A DNA stretch of 64,000 nucleotides from Phoronis australis (GCA_002633005.1 NMRA01000001.1:314625-378624), one strand, 5' to 3'; counted from the first letter of the stretch, positions 13,795-26,100 are shown. Notes: generated by a model not told the origin, from the letters alone. Translations and numbers: made by a program.

Positions 13795-15177
13795 TTAGCA
13801 ACGAAAGTATGGAAATATTGCAAAAACGAAGGTTACAGTAGCAAGACAGGGGGAAGGTGACGGCAACATGGCTGCCGAGCCTTCACTTCCACCATGAGGG
13901 ATAGTGACGCTTGTTTTTTCTGGGCCGGCCTTCGCAGAAGTTGTTGAGACTATAGTTTTTGCTTCAATCGATTCGGCTCTGGACGTTTCACTTGATACAA
14001 CTTGACCGGTGGCAGCAGTGGAAGTCGCTGACCTTTGGGATGCTCTTGTAGCGGATCTAGTCTCGGGGGCTGACGTTTGTGGTGATGCAGCCGTGACTGT
14101 GGACTGGACGGTAGCCGCCGTAGTTGAAGTGTGAGAAGCTGGGGTGGATGTAGAAGATTTTACAACTTGACCAGCTGCAGCAGGGGAAGTTGCGGACCTT
14201 TGAGATGCTTGTGTAGCGGATCTAGGCTCGGGCGCTGACGATTGCGGTGACTCAGCCGTGACCCCAGATTGGACGGTAGCCACCGTAGCTGAAAGATGGG
14301 AAGCTGGGGTCGATGTAGAAGATTGTCTTTGGTTGGTTCGTGTAGTCATTTTAGTAGCGATTGAAATTTGCAAAGCAGCAGTTGTATGCTTTGGATTGCA
14401 AGTTGGAGTAGGTGGGTTAAACACGCCAGTTGAGGAACACGTACTCAAACTAGATGACTTCCTTCCGTTCTCCATCTGAAATCCTTGTTTGCAAGAAAAT
14501 AGGACTTTCTCGCCTCGAGAAACCGTTGGATACCCCAACTTGTTGGTGACTAAGGGCGAATTAGTAACGTCCGGTACAGCACATTGTTTTATTTTGGATC
14601 TCGAAGCACGAAACTGAAAACTCGCCTTGATACTAGCTCCTGTAAACCTATTGAAATTCATGAATGATTTTACATCAAAACGACCTCTTTGAGTACCCCG
14701 AAAACTAACAACTTGCCGCCGTTCTTGCTGGAAGAGAAAAAATTGATATCTGTGAATATCTCCGTCATAGGGAGGAGATGGGCCTCTATAGGACATTATA
14801 GAATCACCGCCATTATCGTTGGCACTCTCGTCTGTCAGAGTAGATCCGTTCACGTTCCGAAGTATCCAATGAAGCCAGTATCTCATCGTTGGTTGGTCTG
14901 GCGAAGGTGCGTCGGGGTCTACCATAAGAATTGAATACAGCTCCTCGTTATTAGCGTTTTGCCACTTTACGACGGGTTTATAAGTAGCCTTGCTCTTTGG
15001 ATAAATGTACTCGTTACATTTCGGAACATACATGTTCACAGTGTTCGAGAGATAGGACACTTTCAGAGTGGATGATGAGTTGATGCAAAATGAGTGTCTG
15101 TATTCATCAACTGTTTCTATCTGTACAAAAACAGTGAAAAACAATAAGACTGTGATTAAACAAAGTGCCGATGCCAT
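13795..15177 (-). CDS. Intronless cell-surface/secreted PEBP-family protein with Sushi (CCP) domain, mucin-like stalk and GPI-type C-terminal signal
   Basis: 460-aa ORF. Hydrophobic N-terminal signal (MASALCLITVLLFFTVFVQI). PEBP motifs MVDPDAPS, YWLHW, YRGPSPP, HRYQFFLFQQ. Four-Cys Sushi pattern (CAVP...VLFSCKQGF...STCSSTGVFNPPTPTC). S/T/A-rich stalk. Ends GGSEGSAA + spacer + hydrophobic tail. Confidence 0.9.
   Translation of the reverse strand: MASALCLITVLLFFTVFVQIETVDEYRHSFCINSSSTLKVSYLSNTVNMYVPKCNEYIYPKSKATYKPVVKWQNANNEELYSILMVDPDAPSPDQPTMRYWLHWILRNVNGSTLTDESANDNGGDSIMSYRGPSPPYDGDIHRYQFFLFQQERRQVVSFRGTQRGRFDVKSFMNFNRFTGASIKASFQFRASRSKIKQCAVPDVTNSPLVTNKLGYPTVSRGEKVLFSCKQGFQMENGRKSSSLSTCSSTGVFNPPTPTCNPKHTTAALQISIATKMTTRTNQRQSSTSTPASHLSATVATVQSGVTAESPQSSAPEPRSATQASQRSATSPAAAGQVVKSSTSTPASHTSTTAATVQSTVTAASPQTSAPETRSATRASQRSATSTAATGQVVSSETSRAESIEAKTIVSTTSAKAGPEKTSVTIPHGGSEGSAAMLPSPSPCLATVTFVFAIFPYFRC
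13994..14323 (-). repeat. Two tandem 165-bp (55-aa) coding repeats in the stalk
   Basis: SSTSTPASHLSATVATVQSGVTAESPQSSAPEPRSATQASQRSATSPAAAGQVVK followed by SSTSTPASHTSTTAATVQSTVTAASPQTSAPETRSATRASQRSATSTAATGQVVS. Confidence 0.9.
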
Positions 15178-16022
15178 GGGAATTTTTCGAACGTGGAAAC
15201 TGAAACGTTACACGCGACATAAAAATCAAATCAGAATCACGAGACCCAATGCACAAAAATGTAGCGTTCATTGGCCCTTCGTGTCTGTGTCAGAAATGGT
15301 CTTTGAAAATGTTTGTAAGTCGTACTATACATGAATATAATTCACCGTTTATCGGTGACCTGTGTAAGTTTCAGAAAGACGTCTTGTGCAAAGGGCAAGG
15401 GTTGAGAAATGCGGATTTGAAAAAATCTAAGCCCAGTAAAATGTACCGATCATGGACCATTTGTGTCGATTTCAAAGTGCTGATATGAAAAATCCCCAGA
15501 AATACATTGTTTATCGGCCATTACTGTCGGTTTCATCGAGACGTCTTCTTCAAAAGGCAGGGATAGCCACTCAAAACTTGCCGTTGGACCGTAAATAATG
15601 AGGCAACCTCGGCAACCATACATCCCGAACTCGAAATAAGCGTAAGCTGGCAGGTGTAGCGAGACTCTCGCGTGACCGCTTCGTGATAATCCATGTCCCG
15701 CGGCTGTAGTGTGCGGATTGCAAAACATGTTCAAATTCTTGAAATGAGCCGTTTGTCGGCCATTTGTGTCGGTTGCAAGCATGTTATTAGCAGCAACACA
15801 TCCGACAATAGTTTTGTCATTTTCCCCTCGTCGTGAACACAAACTTGTCGTAACTGAAAAAGGTACGGATCTTTTTATGATGATCACCAAAACGCTAGAA
15901 TACGTTACATATGGCTAACGTTGTCATATAATAAACGTGTTTCGATTTTTTCTCTCTTGACGTCATCTAACTCTGAACAAATTTTTGAAAATGTTTCTAC
16001 TTGAAAGTGATCGTCCCGCATA

Positions 16023-17090
16023 TTTTTATGCGCCCACATATTTATATGTGGACGCATTATGCCGTCATCTGTGTCCGTCCGTCCGTCCGTCCGTCCGTCC
16101 GGGCGGCGTCCGTCCGGCGTCCGCTGCTCTATCTCCAAAACCCTTTGGCATACGTTCATGAAATTTGGCACATATGTTCCATTCATGAATGGGACGGCAT
16201 GTGCGAACTTTCGGACGGATCCGCCTACCGGTGTGCCCCCTAGTGGCAATTTTAGTTTTTTACGCTTACCTTTGTATCTTCAAAAGTCCTGAACGGATTT
16301 TCATGAAATTTGGTATGTAGGCACCTATTAGTGCGATGACGCTATCCTCCCGTTTTCGGATGGATTCGACCTAGTTTGCGACACCCAGTGGCCATTTTTA
16401 CTGTTTTTTAGTCTGTTTTTTGGCGTCCACCCCTCTATCAACCAAACCGCTATAAGTATGATTGTAAAAATTGGCATGTATGTTCTTACTATGAAGAGGA
16501 CGGTTGACGCTGAATTTCCCATGACTTTGGTTACTGTGGCGCCTCCTAGTGGCAGTTTTTTTTGCGCCCATGGCTGTATCTCCCAAACCGTTTGCAGGAT
16601 CTTTACTAAATTTAGCAAGTGTATTCATGTGATATTGACAACGGACGATGACGTTTAGGATGATTCTGACTACCGGTATGCCTCTAGTGGCAATTTTAGT
16701 ATTTTACATTGACCTCTGTATTTTCATAGGTCTTCAGGTGTATACTTTGTGTTACTTCGTGACTATGAAGGAAAAGTTCCAAGTAGAAATTTGTTTCTGG
16801 CATTCTAATGCTGTGCTAATCTCGTATGTTGGTAAATTTATTTTTAATTCTATGTTTCTGTGGTGCTTTAAGCAACTGATGTATAGGATGTGCTTGTATT
16901 ATGAAGATTACTCACATTTGCCCGTGGCCTATTGAGGAGACAATGACCATGCCTTTCCATTTTGCAAAGTACAACATACTACATATATGCCCTCTACTGG
17001 CCACTTCATGGTACCAATAAACAACCCTAGAAGGATACCGTATGCGGTTGCAATTGTGGGCGCATTTCAACGCTCTGCGTTGCTCTTGTT
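16023..17090 (+). mobile_element. Helentron-associated non-autonomous element (HINE/DINE-1-like)
   Basis: 5' subTIR ATGCGCCCACA with adjacent inverted copy TGTGGACGCAT, (GTCC)n microsatellite at 16073-16100, internal tandem units, 3' subTIR TGTGGGCGCAT, hairpin CAACGC-TCT-GCGTTG, T-rich insertion site. Confidence 0.85.
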
Positions 17091-17639
17091 CGTGATGTCG
17101 TCGATAATTATCAGTATTTCGTCAAAATCTTGGTCCGGCATAAACTCAGAACCCCTGTCTGTGGTTATTATATTCACCTCACCATCGCTGTGAATCTTAC
17201 TTTTAAGAGAATGTCGGATTTCCTTTCGGAAGTCTGCAAAACGTCAAACGTGTTTAATGGTACATGTAGACATCAGAGCGATAAGGTCCAGCCCAATGAG
17301 ATATATAACTAGTGTATATAGCTCATTGGTCCAGCCCCAGCCTATCCGTGAAAGTTAGGAAATAGATGAACAACAAAAACAGCAACAAAATCATCGTAGC
17401 TACTGGTACTACTAATTATAATGACAACTAATTTAGTAGTAAGTTTGAAATTGCTACTGATTCAAAGCGCTTCACTTAGTGATCTGGCCGTATCCGTCCC
17501 AACTTTGCCCGAGTGGCGTTTTCGCAGATGACAGGATCGTGCAGACGATTAGAGGAGGCATTCCATCATTCATTGAAATTGAATGTGCGTGCTTGCTACA
17601 TCATTATCGTCGACATTATTCTTGGCGTTAAATTATCTA

Positions 17640-17900
17640 GTTGAAGGCGTAAAGTAATTATTTGCAAAGTTACGTAATTATTTGCGGTTTAAAGTAATTA
17701 TTTAAGACGTAGCTGATTATTTGCGGCGTAAAGTAATTCTGTATGGCGTAAAGTAATTAATTGTGTTATCAAGTAATTATTTGAGGCGTAAAGTAATTAT
17801 TTGCGGCGCTAAAAGTTACTTTACGCCGTAAATATTTACTTTACGAAGAAAATAATTACTTTACGCCGTAAATAATCGCTTTACGGAGAAAATAATTTCC
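17640..17900. repeat. 20-bp minisatellite that switches orientation
   Basis: GGCGTAAAGTAATTATTTGC units to about 17810, then reverse-complement units TACTTTACGCCGTAAATA. Confidence 0.8.
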
Positions 17901-18879
17901 AATGCAAATAATAAGAATTTTCTTACGCTTGTAATTTAACAGCGTAACGTTTACTCATTTGGCCAACGGTACATCATACGGTAACAAGAGAGTCTACAAG
18001 TATTTGTGTATGACTACCTTAGCTGTAAAGTAGCGAAACAGCTCCCAAAAGGTAGTGTGGTGTGAATGCCTTGACCATGAAACAAAACAGCAGAAATATG
18101 CTTGTTATCTGCTATTTTGGTATACTTGCTAGCATAGTATGAGAAGGTGCACTCAATTTCGAATTGACGGTGATCCTCAAATGAATGTTGTTTATCCAGT
18201 GTCTATTTTGAATGCTGATTGGTGGATTGACATGAACGCGCGTGTACGCGTGTGTGCGTTTCCATTCTTTTAAATCCAGTACACGCTGACGGTAAGTTCA
18301 CTATAGGCAGTCCTCCGTCGTTGCTCAAGCAAAAACCAGACATCGAACTACCGTGTGTTCTTGCACTGAGAAATCCCCGACGAGCTTGTTCACAGTATTA
18401 GGGAAAAATAGGTCTATATCTAATAAAAACTTTGGCTAATGAAGAAAACATTCTCTTGTCAATCAGTGTCAATGGTAAACAGTCTCGCACACTTCACGCC
18501 AGCAACAGATTTGATTGAAAATATCTCCAGAGTTAGGTGTGACTATTCCGAAGGCTCACCACTCAGAAAGTCCAGTACTCCGAAGGTTCACTATTGAGAA
18601 ACCAAAACTCCGACAGTTTATTACTTTTATTACTCTGATAGTCTGCTAAAGAGTCGTAACTGGCATGGATTAAAGTATTGTATTTGTGTCCATCATGCAG
18701 TAACCATTAAAGGATGTGGAAGAGTTGAATAGTCTTAAAACATTGGTTATATTGTTTACAAATGAGCTCAGTTCCCAGTGGTGGATTTAGGCCATGCCCC
18801 CCGGCCCCCTAACATTCTCCCAGATTCTATTAGGCAGCTCTAACACCTGCCAATGCACCGCTTGTGTCAATACTCCAAG

Positions 18880-19287
18880 TTAAAAGTATACCACACCCGG
18901 TTTTGGCCTATTGACTAAAAACGACTTTCCTATCCAGTTCTTTAAACAAAGTAATGCTCTGTAACGGCTTGACAACCCTCAAAAGTTTGAGGAAAATAAG
19001 AATACTCCTTTCAAAGTATGCTAAAAGGGGTAAGTATGACGTACGCTTTCAGCGAGTTACACTGCATCTGTGGGAAAAGACCACCCACCAAGCCAATAAC
19101 GTGAGATAGTGGGTATGAATTCTAAGTTGCCCGTTTAGCAAACTTTTAAAGGAGTTTTAAAAAATTTCAGCAAATTTTTAAGGGTTGTGAGAGGTTATAA
19201 AGTATAATTTTGTTTCGGAGAACTGGATGGGAAAGTAATTTTTAGTATTTGTCAATAAGCCAAAACCCGGGTTTGGTTTCCTTTCAA
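18880..19287. mobile_element. Kolobok-like palindromic MITE
   Basis: TTAA-AAGTATACCACACCCGGTTTTGGCCTATTGAC versus GTCAATAAGCCAAAACCCGGGTTTGGTTTCCTTT; inverted similarity continues through most of the element. Confidence 0.6.
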
Positions 19288-21476
19288 AAATGCAAGAACT
19301 TGCTCATTTTTCCGTATTCGTAAGACATGCGGGCAATTTCGTAAGCGCATGAAATCAACAGTACCCGGATGTTGTTCTCGGTGTAGCTACAACACTCAGT
19401 GCATCTAACAACCGAACTATGGCTTACTTTTGCATGTAAAAATATAAAAAATAAACCAGAGTTCAAAATTTTAGATATTTTCAGAGTAGTGAACTTTCGG
19501 AATTGTTAACCTCCTGTTTCCATTTCCATCGGTGTAAGTAACACGCAACAATACATTCAACCAGATAAAAAATTTCGTCAAACCATTCTCAGACTAAAAA
19601 ATTCCTTTTTCTGGACCACAATAAATATCCGAATTTGAGTCCCATTCTTTACGAGCAACCGTCACGGCATCCACAATTCAGTTTCATGACAGGAACATAA
19701 AGAGCTGAGAGTCATCGTTGTGTATACAGATTTTCCTTCCCCTTATTAAGCTGCGTCAAGGGCCTTACTAAAAAATCTACAATGTCAACTTTTGCAAAAC
19801 TTCAATCGTCCACTGTTGTAGAAATTCGAACCACCCTCCGCGCAATGCTGGCTACGGGCCTGAGCTATAACAACTTCGGTTCAAGCCGAATGCAAATTTC
19901 TGTGTGGTACTTTCGTGAAATAGCTGGCAATCCAAAGTTTGCCATCGGGAAAAATTTCGTCGGGCGAATCATGCATCTAGCAAACTTTTTTTTATCCGGC
20001 GGATACATTAGTCATTCAATTGAATAATTTGAGAAATTGTAATATTCGTAAACGTGAAGAAATTTTGTAATAGAATTCGACGATTTAGAGTTGATCGACA
20101 TTTCATCCATCACATTTTGTCCGCCTTCAAATGATTCGTCAGCCGAACACCTTTTTGTACTCGTCAGACGCGTGATACCTTACCCAAAACTACACTGTAC
20201 GTGTGAATACAAACCAAACAGGGAGCGTGCATAAGAGGCCACACGTTCACAGAATTCTTCAGTTGAGGTGTACGTCTGGTTATTTAAATAAATATTCCCT
20301 TTTTTATAGCTGGGAAAACGTAGTGTCGAAAATTATGGGAAAATGTAGAAAAAAAAATGGATTCGAAAACTAATTTTTCCGTGAACTCTCATTTCGTACC
20401 TTTCAAAAATTTCAACATCAACGTCGCATATCACATCTGACGCAGCCAAGTCAAGTTATTTTTTGAAATTCATCCTGGTACGGGAATTGGGGATAGTTAG
20501 GCCTATAAAAGATCTTTAACCCAGCCCCAGAGCGTCTAAAGCCGCGCACCGTACCAGTGACTGCTGGCAACTCATCGGGACTCAACTTTAACATCCTTCG
20601 CCGCAGAGATAACAACTCTTGGGCTGTCTCCGGTGAGTCCATTCTTTGTTGAATGATGTTTAGATAAAGAGACAGCATAGTGACAGGTAAGCTCGTGCAC
20701 AGATATCGACTGATTCCGGAAAGTAAATCGAAAAGATTTGATGAGCAATGTTGGAAACGAGAAATTAATCTTTTATTGCTGCAAGCGAACTGCCAGCTTA
20801 ATTTTTCCGTGAACTCTCATTTCGTACCTTTCAAAAATTGTAAAATACGGCACAGGCTGTATTCCATCCACTGACTGTACAAACAATAGAAAAACTCCAA
20901 TACCCCAGTACCGCTCAAAGGCTCAAAAGAGACCAATTTTGGATAGATTAGCTTAACACACTTGAACCCAATGGACTGAACATCCTTCACTTTTTTCCGC
21001 AACAATGTATCGTGTTCATTACGCCATATAACGTATGTCATTTGTCATATGGTGTTTGGTAATTATTTTACTTTATTTCTGTTTGTTGACAAAGTATGTT
21101 ATTATGTCCGAAAATTTCAGTTGATGCATTATTGTTTTATTTGCGTATATATATATTCTACATTTCGTCAAACAATAGTATCCTTGAGAGGATCTGGATC
21201 GCCTCATTTAGTTTCAGATTAATTTTCTACGATATTTGTAGTTTTAAAGAAATGTTAGATCGCCCTGAAAATCTTATAGAATATAGAGATACTTCCGAGT
21301 TTATTCAAAATAAGGCATATTATATGAAATATTCTATGGGTGAAACAATTCCATCAAAAGAAAAAAAAAAGAGTGCAGGTGGTGACATTTTTTGCCGTAC
21401 GTCAGACGTGGGCAGCCCACATGGTTGGCCGGAAATACTGAGCAACTACTCACGAGAGCACTCTTGTCCATGAACC

Positions 21477-21631
21477 AGGCGTGCGTTCAGTAGAGGCTGG
21501 GACCTACGCTAGGACCTAGCTGAAACCTAGTCAAAGTCACGTGTTCTCATTTAAAATGCACGGCAATATCTCACGTAATCTCGCGAAGTCTTGCTTTTTA
21601 GCGAGGTCCTAGCGTTACTGAACGGGAGCCA
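21477..21631 (+). mobile_element. MITE of about 150 bp, copy 1
   Basis: TIR GGCGTGCGTTCAGTA / TACTGAACGGGAGCC; near-identical copy at 62197-62350 and inverted diverged copy at 27790-27927. Confidence 0.75.
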
Positions 21632-21634
21632 GCT

Positions 21635-21860
21635 CTTGGTGAAAGAAGTTTTCAAGTCTGTCTCCTTCGGGGAAAACGGACAGACATTTTCATTTGTTGC
21701 CATGCACTACATGTTGTAGGCATGTAGCAGTGCCATCCAGTAGCGTCCTGCTTAGTCTATAAGAAGCTGGGCAAGACTCTACCAGATGTTCAGGGATTTC
21801 AACGCTAATACCACACTCGGGAAACACTGGGCACCCCAGTGATGTGCCCGGCCTGAGTCA
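21635..21860 (-). mobile_element. Decayed non-LTR retrotransposon 3' end (CCHC knuckle)
   Basis: Minus strand translates CPVFPECGISVEIPEHLVESCPASYRLSRTLL, which resembles LINE ORF2 C-terminal zinc knuckles. Confidence 0.4.
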
Positions 21861-22172
21861 GCTACATGTACGTTACCATGACCCTTCAAAATGTGAATGA
21901 CGTGTCTTATGCCGCAATCTGTCAAGATTCAGATTTTTTTTAGTTAACTGGCTTGGGAAATTTTTCCTTGTTTCTCGTCTGCAGGAGTTAAGCGATGCCC
22001 ACTGGGCTGCAGACAGGCTGGGTATGTACCAGTTGCGTATTCTGCAGCATCCCTACGATATCGGGATAGGAGGTTCAGGTATACAGTACAGAACGCTGGC
22101 CCCCTAGCTTGGAGAGTGCGCATTTTCATTGTCATCAATTCCTACATGGGCCCTGACCAGCGTCAAAAGAAC

Positions 22173-22420
22173 TGGAGTCCGTTCCAAGAAACTTAAGTTC
22201 AGTTTTGACTTAAGTCTAAGATTTGTCTTAACTTCCAAACTTTGAAACTGCCACATGCAGTAAGACATTCAAAATTAAGACAAAACTTTTATCAAAAACA
22301 TAACTCAAACTTACGATCTCTTTCTTGAAGCAATCTTGAGACAAATTTAAGTTATGTGTTAAAATTTACTAAAAGTTAAGATTTGTCTTAGCTAAGTCAG
22401 TTTTGTTGGAACAGACCCCT
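22173..22420. mobile_element. Harbinger-like MITE (CTTAAG-rich family)
   Basis: TIR GGAGTCCGTTCCAAGAAAC / GTTTTGTTGGAACAGACCCC; related copies at about 3920-4085, 4915-5075 and 62520-62690. Confidence 0.55.
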
Positions 22421-22769
22421 GAACTTCTTGAAAAATCTGCAGGATATAATAACAAAACGGGTTGTTAACAGTGTTGCGAAAACATGTGTGTGGAGTAAAA
22501 CCAACAATGTGAGCCTCATTTTTTACTTTACCATTGTACCTTAGAATGAGACAGAGTTACGATGAAAACATCATGTTCAGTAATTCTTCATGATCAACAT
22601 AACACATCACGTGCATGAAGACAGTCCCTTGTTGAATTCACGTACAACAGTTAGTAATACACTTCACAATTTAGTACACAACGACGTTCATCTCCCGTTA
22701 AATGCACTGATAGGGGCCTTAATACATCTTTAAGGAAACAATTACTACTTTTTGAGATTAGACAAAGCA

Positions 22770-23085
22770 TTGCACTATTTTCGGAAAACAAGGGAACTTG
22801 TTGTTCAGGTCCCTAAAAGCTCTAATTAGGTCAAGTCGAAAGGGAAATGGAACAAATCAAGTTAGTGATGGCAACTCTCTCATTGAAGCCATCCGTGAAC
22901 TTCATTGGTGCATGGTTCTGTCACGTGAATTTAAGAAAGCTAATTCAGTGGATGAAAGAACCAAAATTATGAGATCCTCGTCAAAACAGGAGCAAAAAGG
23001 ATCACGATTTTCAAAGACAGTGTTACGTCTGTTTTATGATCTTTGAATCTCTGGCCCGAAGTGAAATCGGCAGCTGGTTTGTATC
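22770..23085 (-). mobile_element. Highly decayed LINE reverse-transcriptase fragment in the UBA6 3'UTR region
   Basis: Minus strand NQLPISLRARDSKIIK resembles the RT motif NYRPISLL..DxKI; many stops downstream. Confidence 0.35.
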
Positions 23086-23126
23086 CAATCAAGATGTGTC
23101 ACTCACTAATTGCTGGCATCTGGTGG

Positions 23127-26100
23127 TCATCCAAGGAAGTAGCGTACGGGCGGACCTTCCACTTCCTCCCTCTTGTCGTTTTCAAATGAGACCACAAGGT
23201 CAACGTACTCTTGACCAGGAGTCACTTTGAGCAGTTTGGACATCCTGCAAACAATCACAAATGACCATCTTAATATTTAGAACTTCAAATAAATGGTTTC
23301 GTCTACAAACAAGCAGGGGAGAACACATGAACAAAATTCATTACTTCCGTATGAAAACAAAATCTTTTAAATTGTTTTAAGACCTTTATCACAATAATTC
23401 AAACACATTAACATACTTCGCCTTTTCCCAAAAAGGAGAAAATACAATGTTTTAAATAAATTTACAGTTCACAGCAGGGGATTACGACTTTTCATAAAAT
23501 TATTGTCGTGTTTTGATGAGACAAACCATACCTCTTTTCAATAGCAAATAAAAGCAAATGAATAAATAACATATTAACAAGTATTCAAACAAAAACTTCC
23601 ATGGCCACTTATATCAAGGGAAATGCGCAAGTGGCACATGTATTTGCAAACCCAAAACTATCTTCACTATATCATCATACAAGCAAGAGTACTTACGGTT
23701 GGTTCAACCTCTTTTTGTGGCTAGCCATAACGAGGGGAACATAGACCATACGAACGCCCTGAACCACCATGGTGGCCGTCAGGTCATGATTCGCCTGTAA
23801 CACAGTTTGACATTTAGACAACTGTAGCATTCGCCATACTTGTCTAAATACAGCACGTGACCAGTAACATAACTCTTGATTGTTTAACAGGACTTGGAAT
23901 GACCAGTAAACCTCCAAGGGTTGGAATGACCGATGACAAAAAAGAGGAAAATTTTCCAGGTGATGTATCCATTACACATCGAGTAAATAGGCTTGTGTGA
24001 TAGAATTTTTTTGTGTAGTAAAGTTTAAGTGAAATAGACACTTTTGCATGTATAAAGTCAAAACAATGACAAAAAAGAGACTGGAAATCAAATAAGAGGA
24101 AATCGAAACCAAAAAAGAGCAAATCCTCTAGGAAGAGGAAAATTCAAAGCTCTCGTTTAAATTCAGACAGAAAACAATGACAAAAAATAGACTGGAAATC
24201 AAATAAGAGGAAATCGAAACCAAAAAAGAGCAAATCCTCTAGGAAGAGGAAAATTCAAAGCTCTCGTTTAAATTCAGACAGAAAACAATCTGCAGTTACA
24301 GCTACAACTTGCTTGGCCCAACTGTCCAAAATTCATATTTTCATCACAAAATAAATGTTGAGGGTAAGTCGACCAAGTTGGTCATCCTCATTCGGTCACC
24401 CTCATTCGGTCACCCTCATTCGGTCATCCTCATTCGGTCATCCTCATTCGGTCATCCTCATTCGGTCATCCTCATTCGGTCATCCTCATTCGGTCATCCT
24501 CATTCATCGTATAATTCCAAGAGTTCGTACGATTCTTTTGGAATTGTAACTGGACAGTTCCAACACTTTGCACCAATATTTGACGCACCTTAGGTGGTTA
24601 ACAGATACCGGGGAACTTTTTGTCCAAAAACCGTGCAGTTAGAAATATTATACAGACTCAAAGTATAACAAATGCTTTAACAAAAAGTTACCTGGGTGTT
24701 CTCAATGACTAGAAGTAGATTATGAGTAAAAACTAAACAAACCACAAGACTCAGAAGGACACCAAGCCTGAAAGAAGTCACCCCTGCATGTTGGAAGTGA
24801 CTGACATTGTCATTTCTTCTTGTTGTTTGCAGCTGCGGTATTTTATTTAAATTGTAGTTTTTGGTGACTGTACCCACGATAAAGTGACTTTTCCACTTTT
24901 GCCACTAACCTTGAAGTGATCCAGGAAGTGTTTCATTGTAAAGTCCTTATTGCCATGTACAGCCCACTTGTCCCAAAGGGTGATAGACACGCCCTCCCTG
25001 CAACAGACATGTCAATACAAAGTATGTCATTGTAAAGTCCTTATTGCCATGTACAACCCACTTGTCAATCCAGAACATGCCAAATTTCAGGAAAATACAA
25101 TAAAAACTTCAAATTGCAATATACACTACGGCCATTTGCAAACGTAGCTTCTGAAGGTTTTGTTGAACATTGCAAATTACAGGCAACTGACATACGCTAC
25201 AGCCTTTTGCAAGAACACCTTTCTGAAAGTTAGGTCAAAATCACCAGAGAAATGTAGTACACACACTTACCTGCGTGAAAATTCAGGCAAATATGGTCGA
25301 ATGGCAAACTGCAGAGAAGTACTATGCCACTTCATAAGCATACTTTTTTGAAAGTTTGATGGAAATTCCCCTTGAAAAGTAGGAGTAAGAGCATTTCTCC
25401 AGGCAATTGCACAACAATCACGAACGAGGTGATAATTATGAAAATATGCCTGGTCAAAATGCCGATGATCTACACTAGTACGTCTGCTGTTTTGATAATT
25501 TGATTGAAATCGGTTTCAAAATGTAGGAGTTGTGCCATTTCTTTACATCGACAGGCAAAAATCAAAAATGGGTCAAAATCCTGGAAAGAATGGTCGACTC
25601 CCAAAATACCAATAAAACGTGTCATGGAATTTCGTAAGCATTAATAATTTGTTATAAATTTGATCAAAAACTCATCTGAAATGGCAAGGGAGTTGCACAC
25701 AGAAGTGTCTCATTCTCTATACACACATACAAGTAGAACCACGACACTTTTCGACTGTAGTGGGGCATAAAAATGGTGATCACAATATTTTAAGAGATGT
25801 CTACCTCTCGTCAAATTGTAATTAACTGCACCTTAGTAGGTTAGCGCCACCTACTTGATTTCCGTCTTAGGTGCTGCCGCAGGCTCGGAGAAGACGAGGA
25901 CGGGCAACGCTAAGTTGAGGAAGCAGTTCTTGTATTGTTCTAATGGCGTCTGCTTGACTAGCTTCACCAGCTCAACCGTCACCTAGGCAATAGGAAGAAG
26001 ACGGATCAACACGGTGACATCTTAAGAGCAAGTCTTTGTCAATAACACAATGTTTTCTACGTGTGCGCAGAAATACTGTTGTCGTGGAAACAGACTTAAC

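Noticed and set aside
15450-15890. 146-aa minus-strand ORF upstream of the PEBP gene
   Set aside because: No ATG-supported start, no recognisable motif and no phase-compatible link to the PEBP ORF.
24380-24505. Regular short repeats resembling a CRISPR array
   Set aside because: No spacers; a plain 14-bp minisatellite in a eukaryotic intron.
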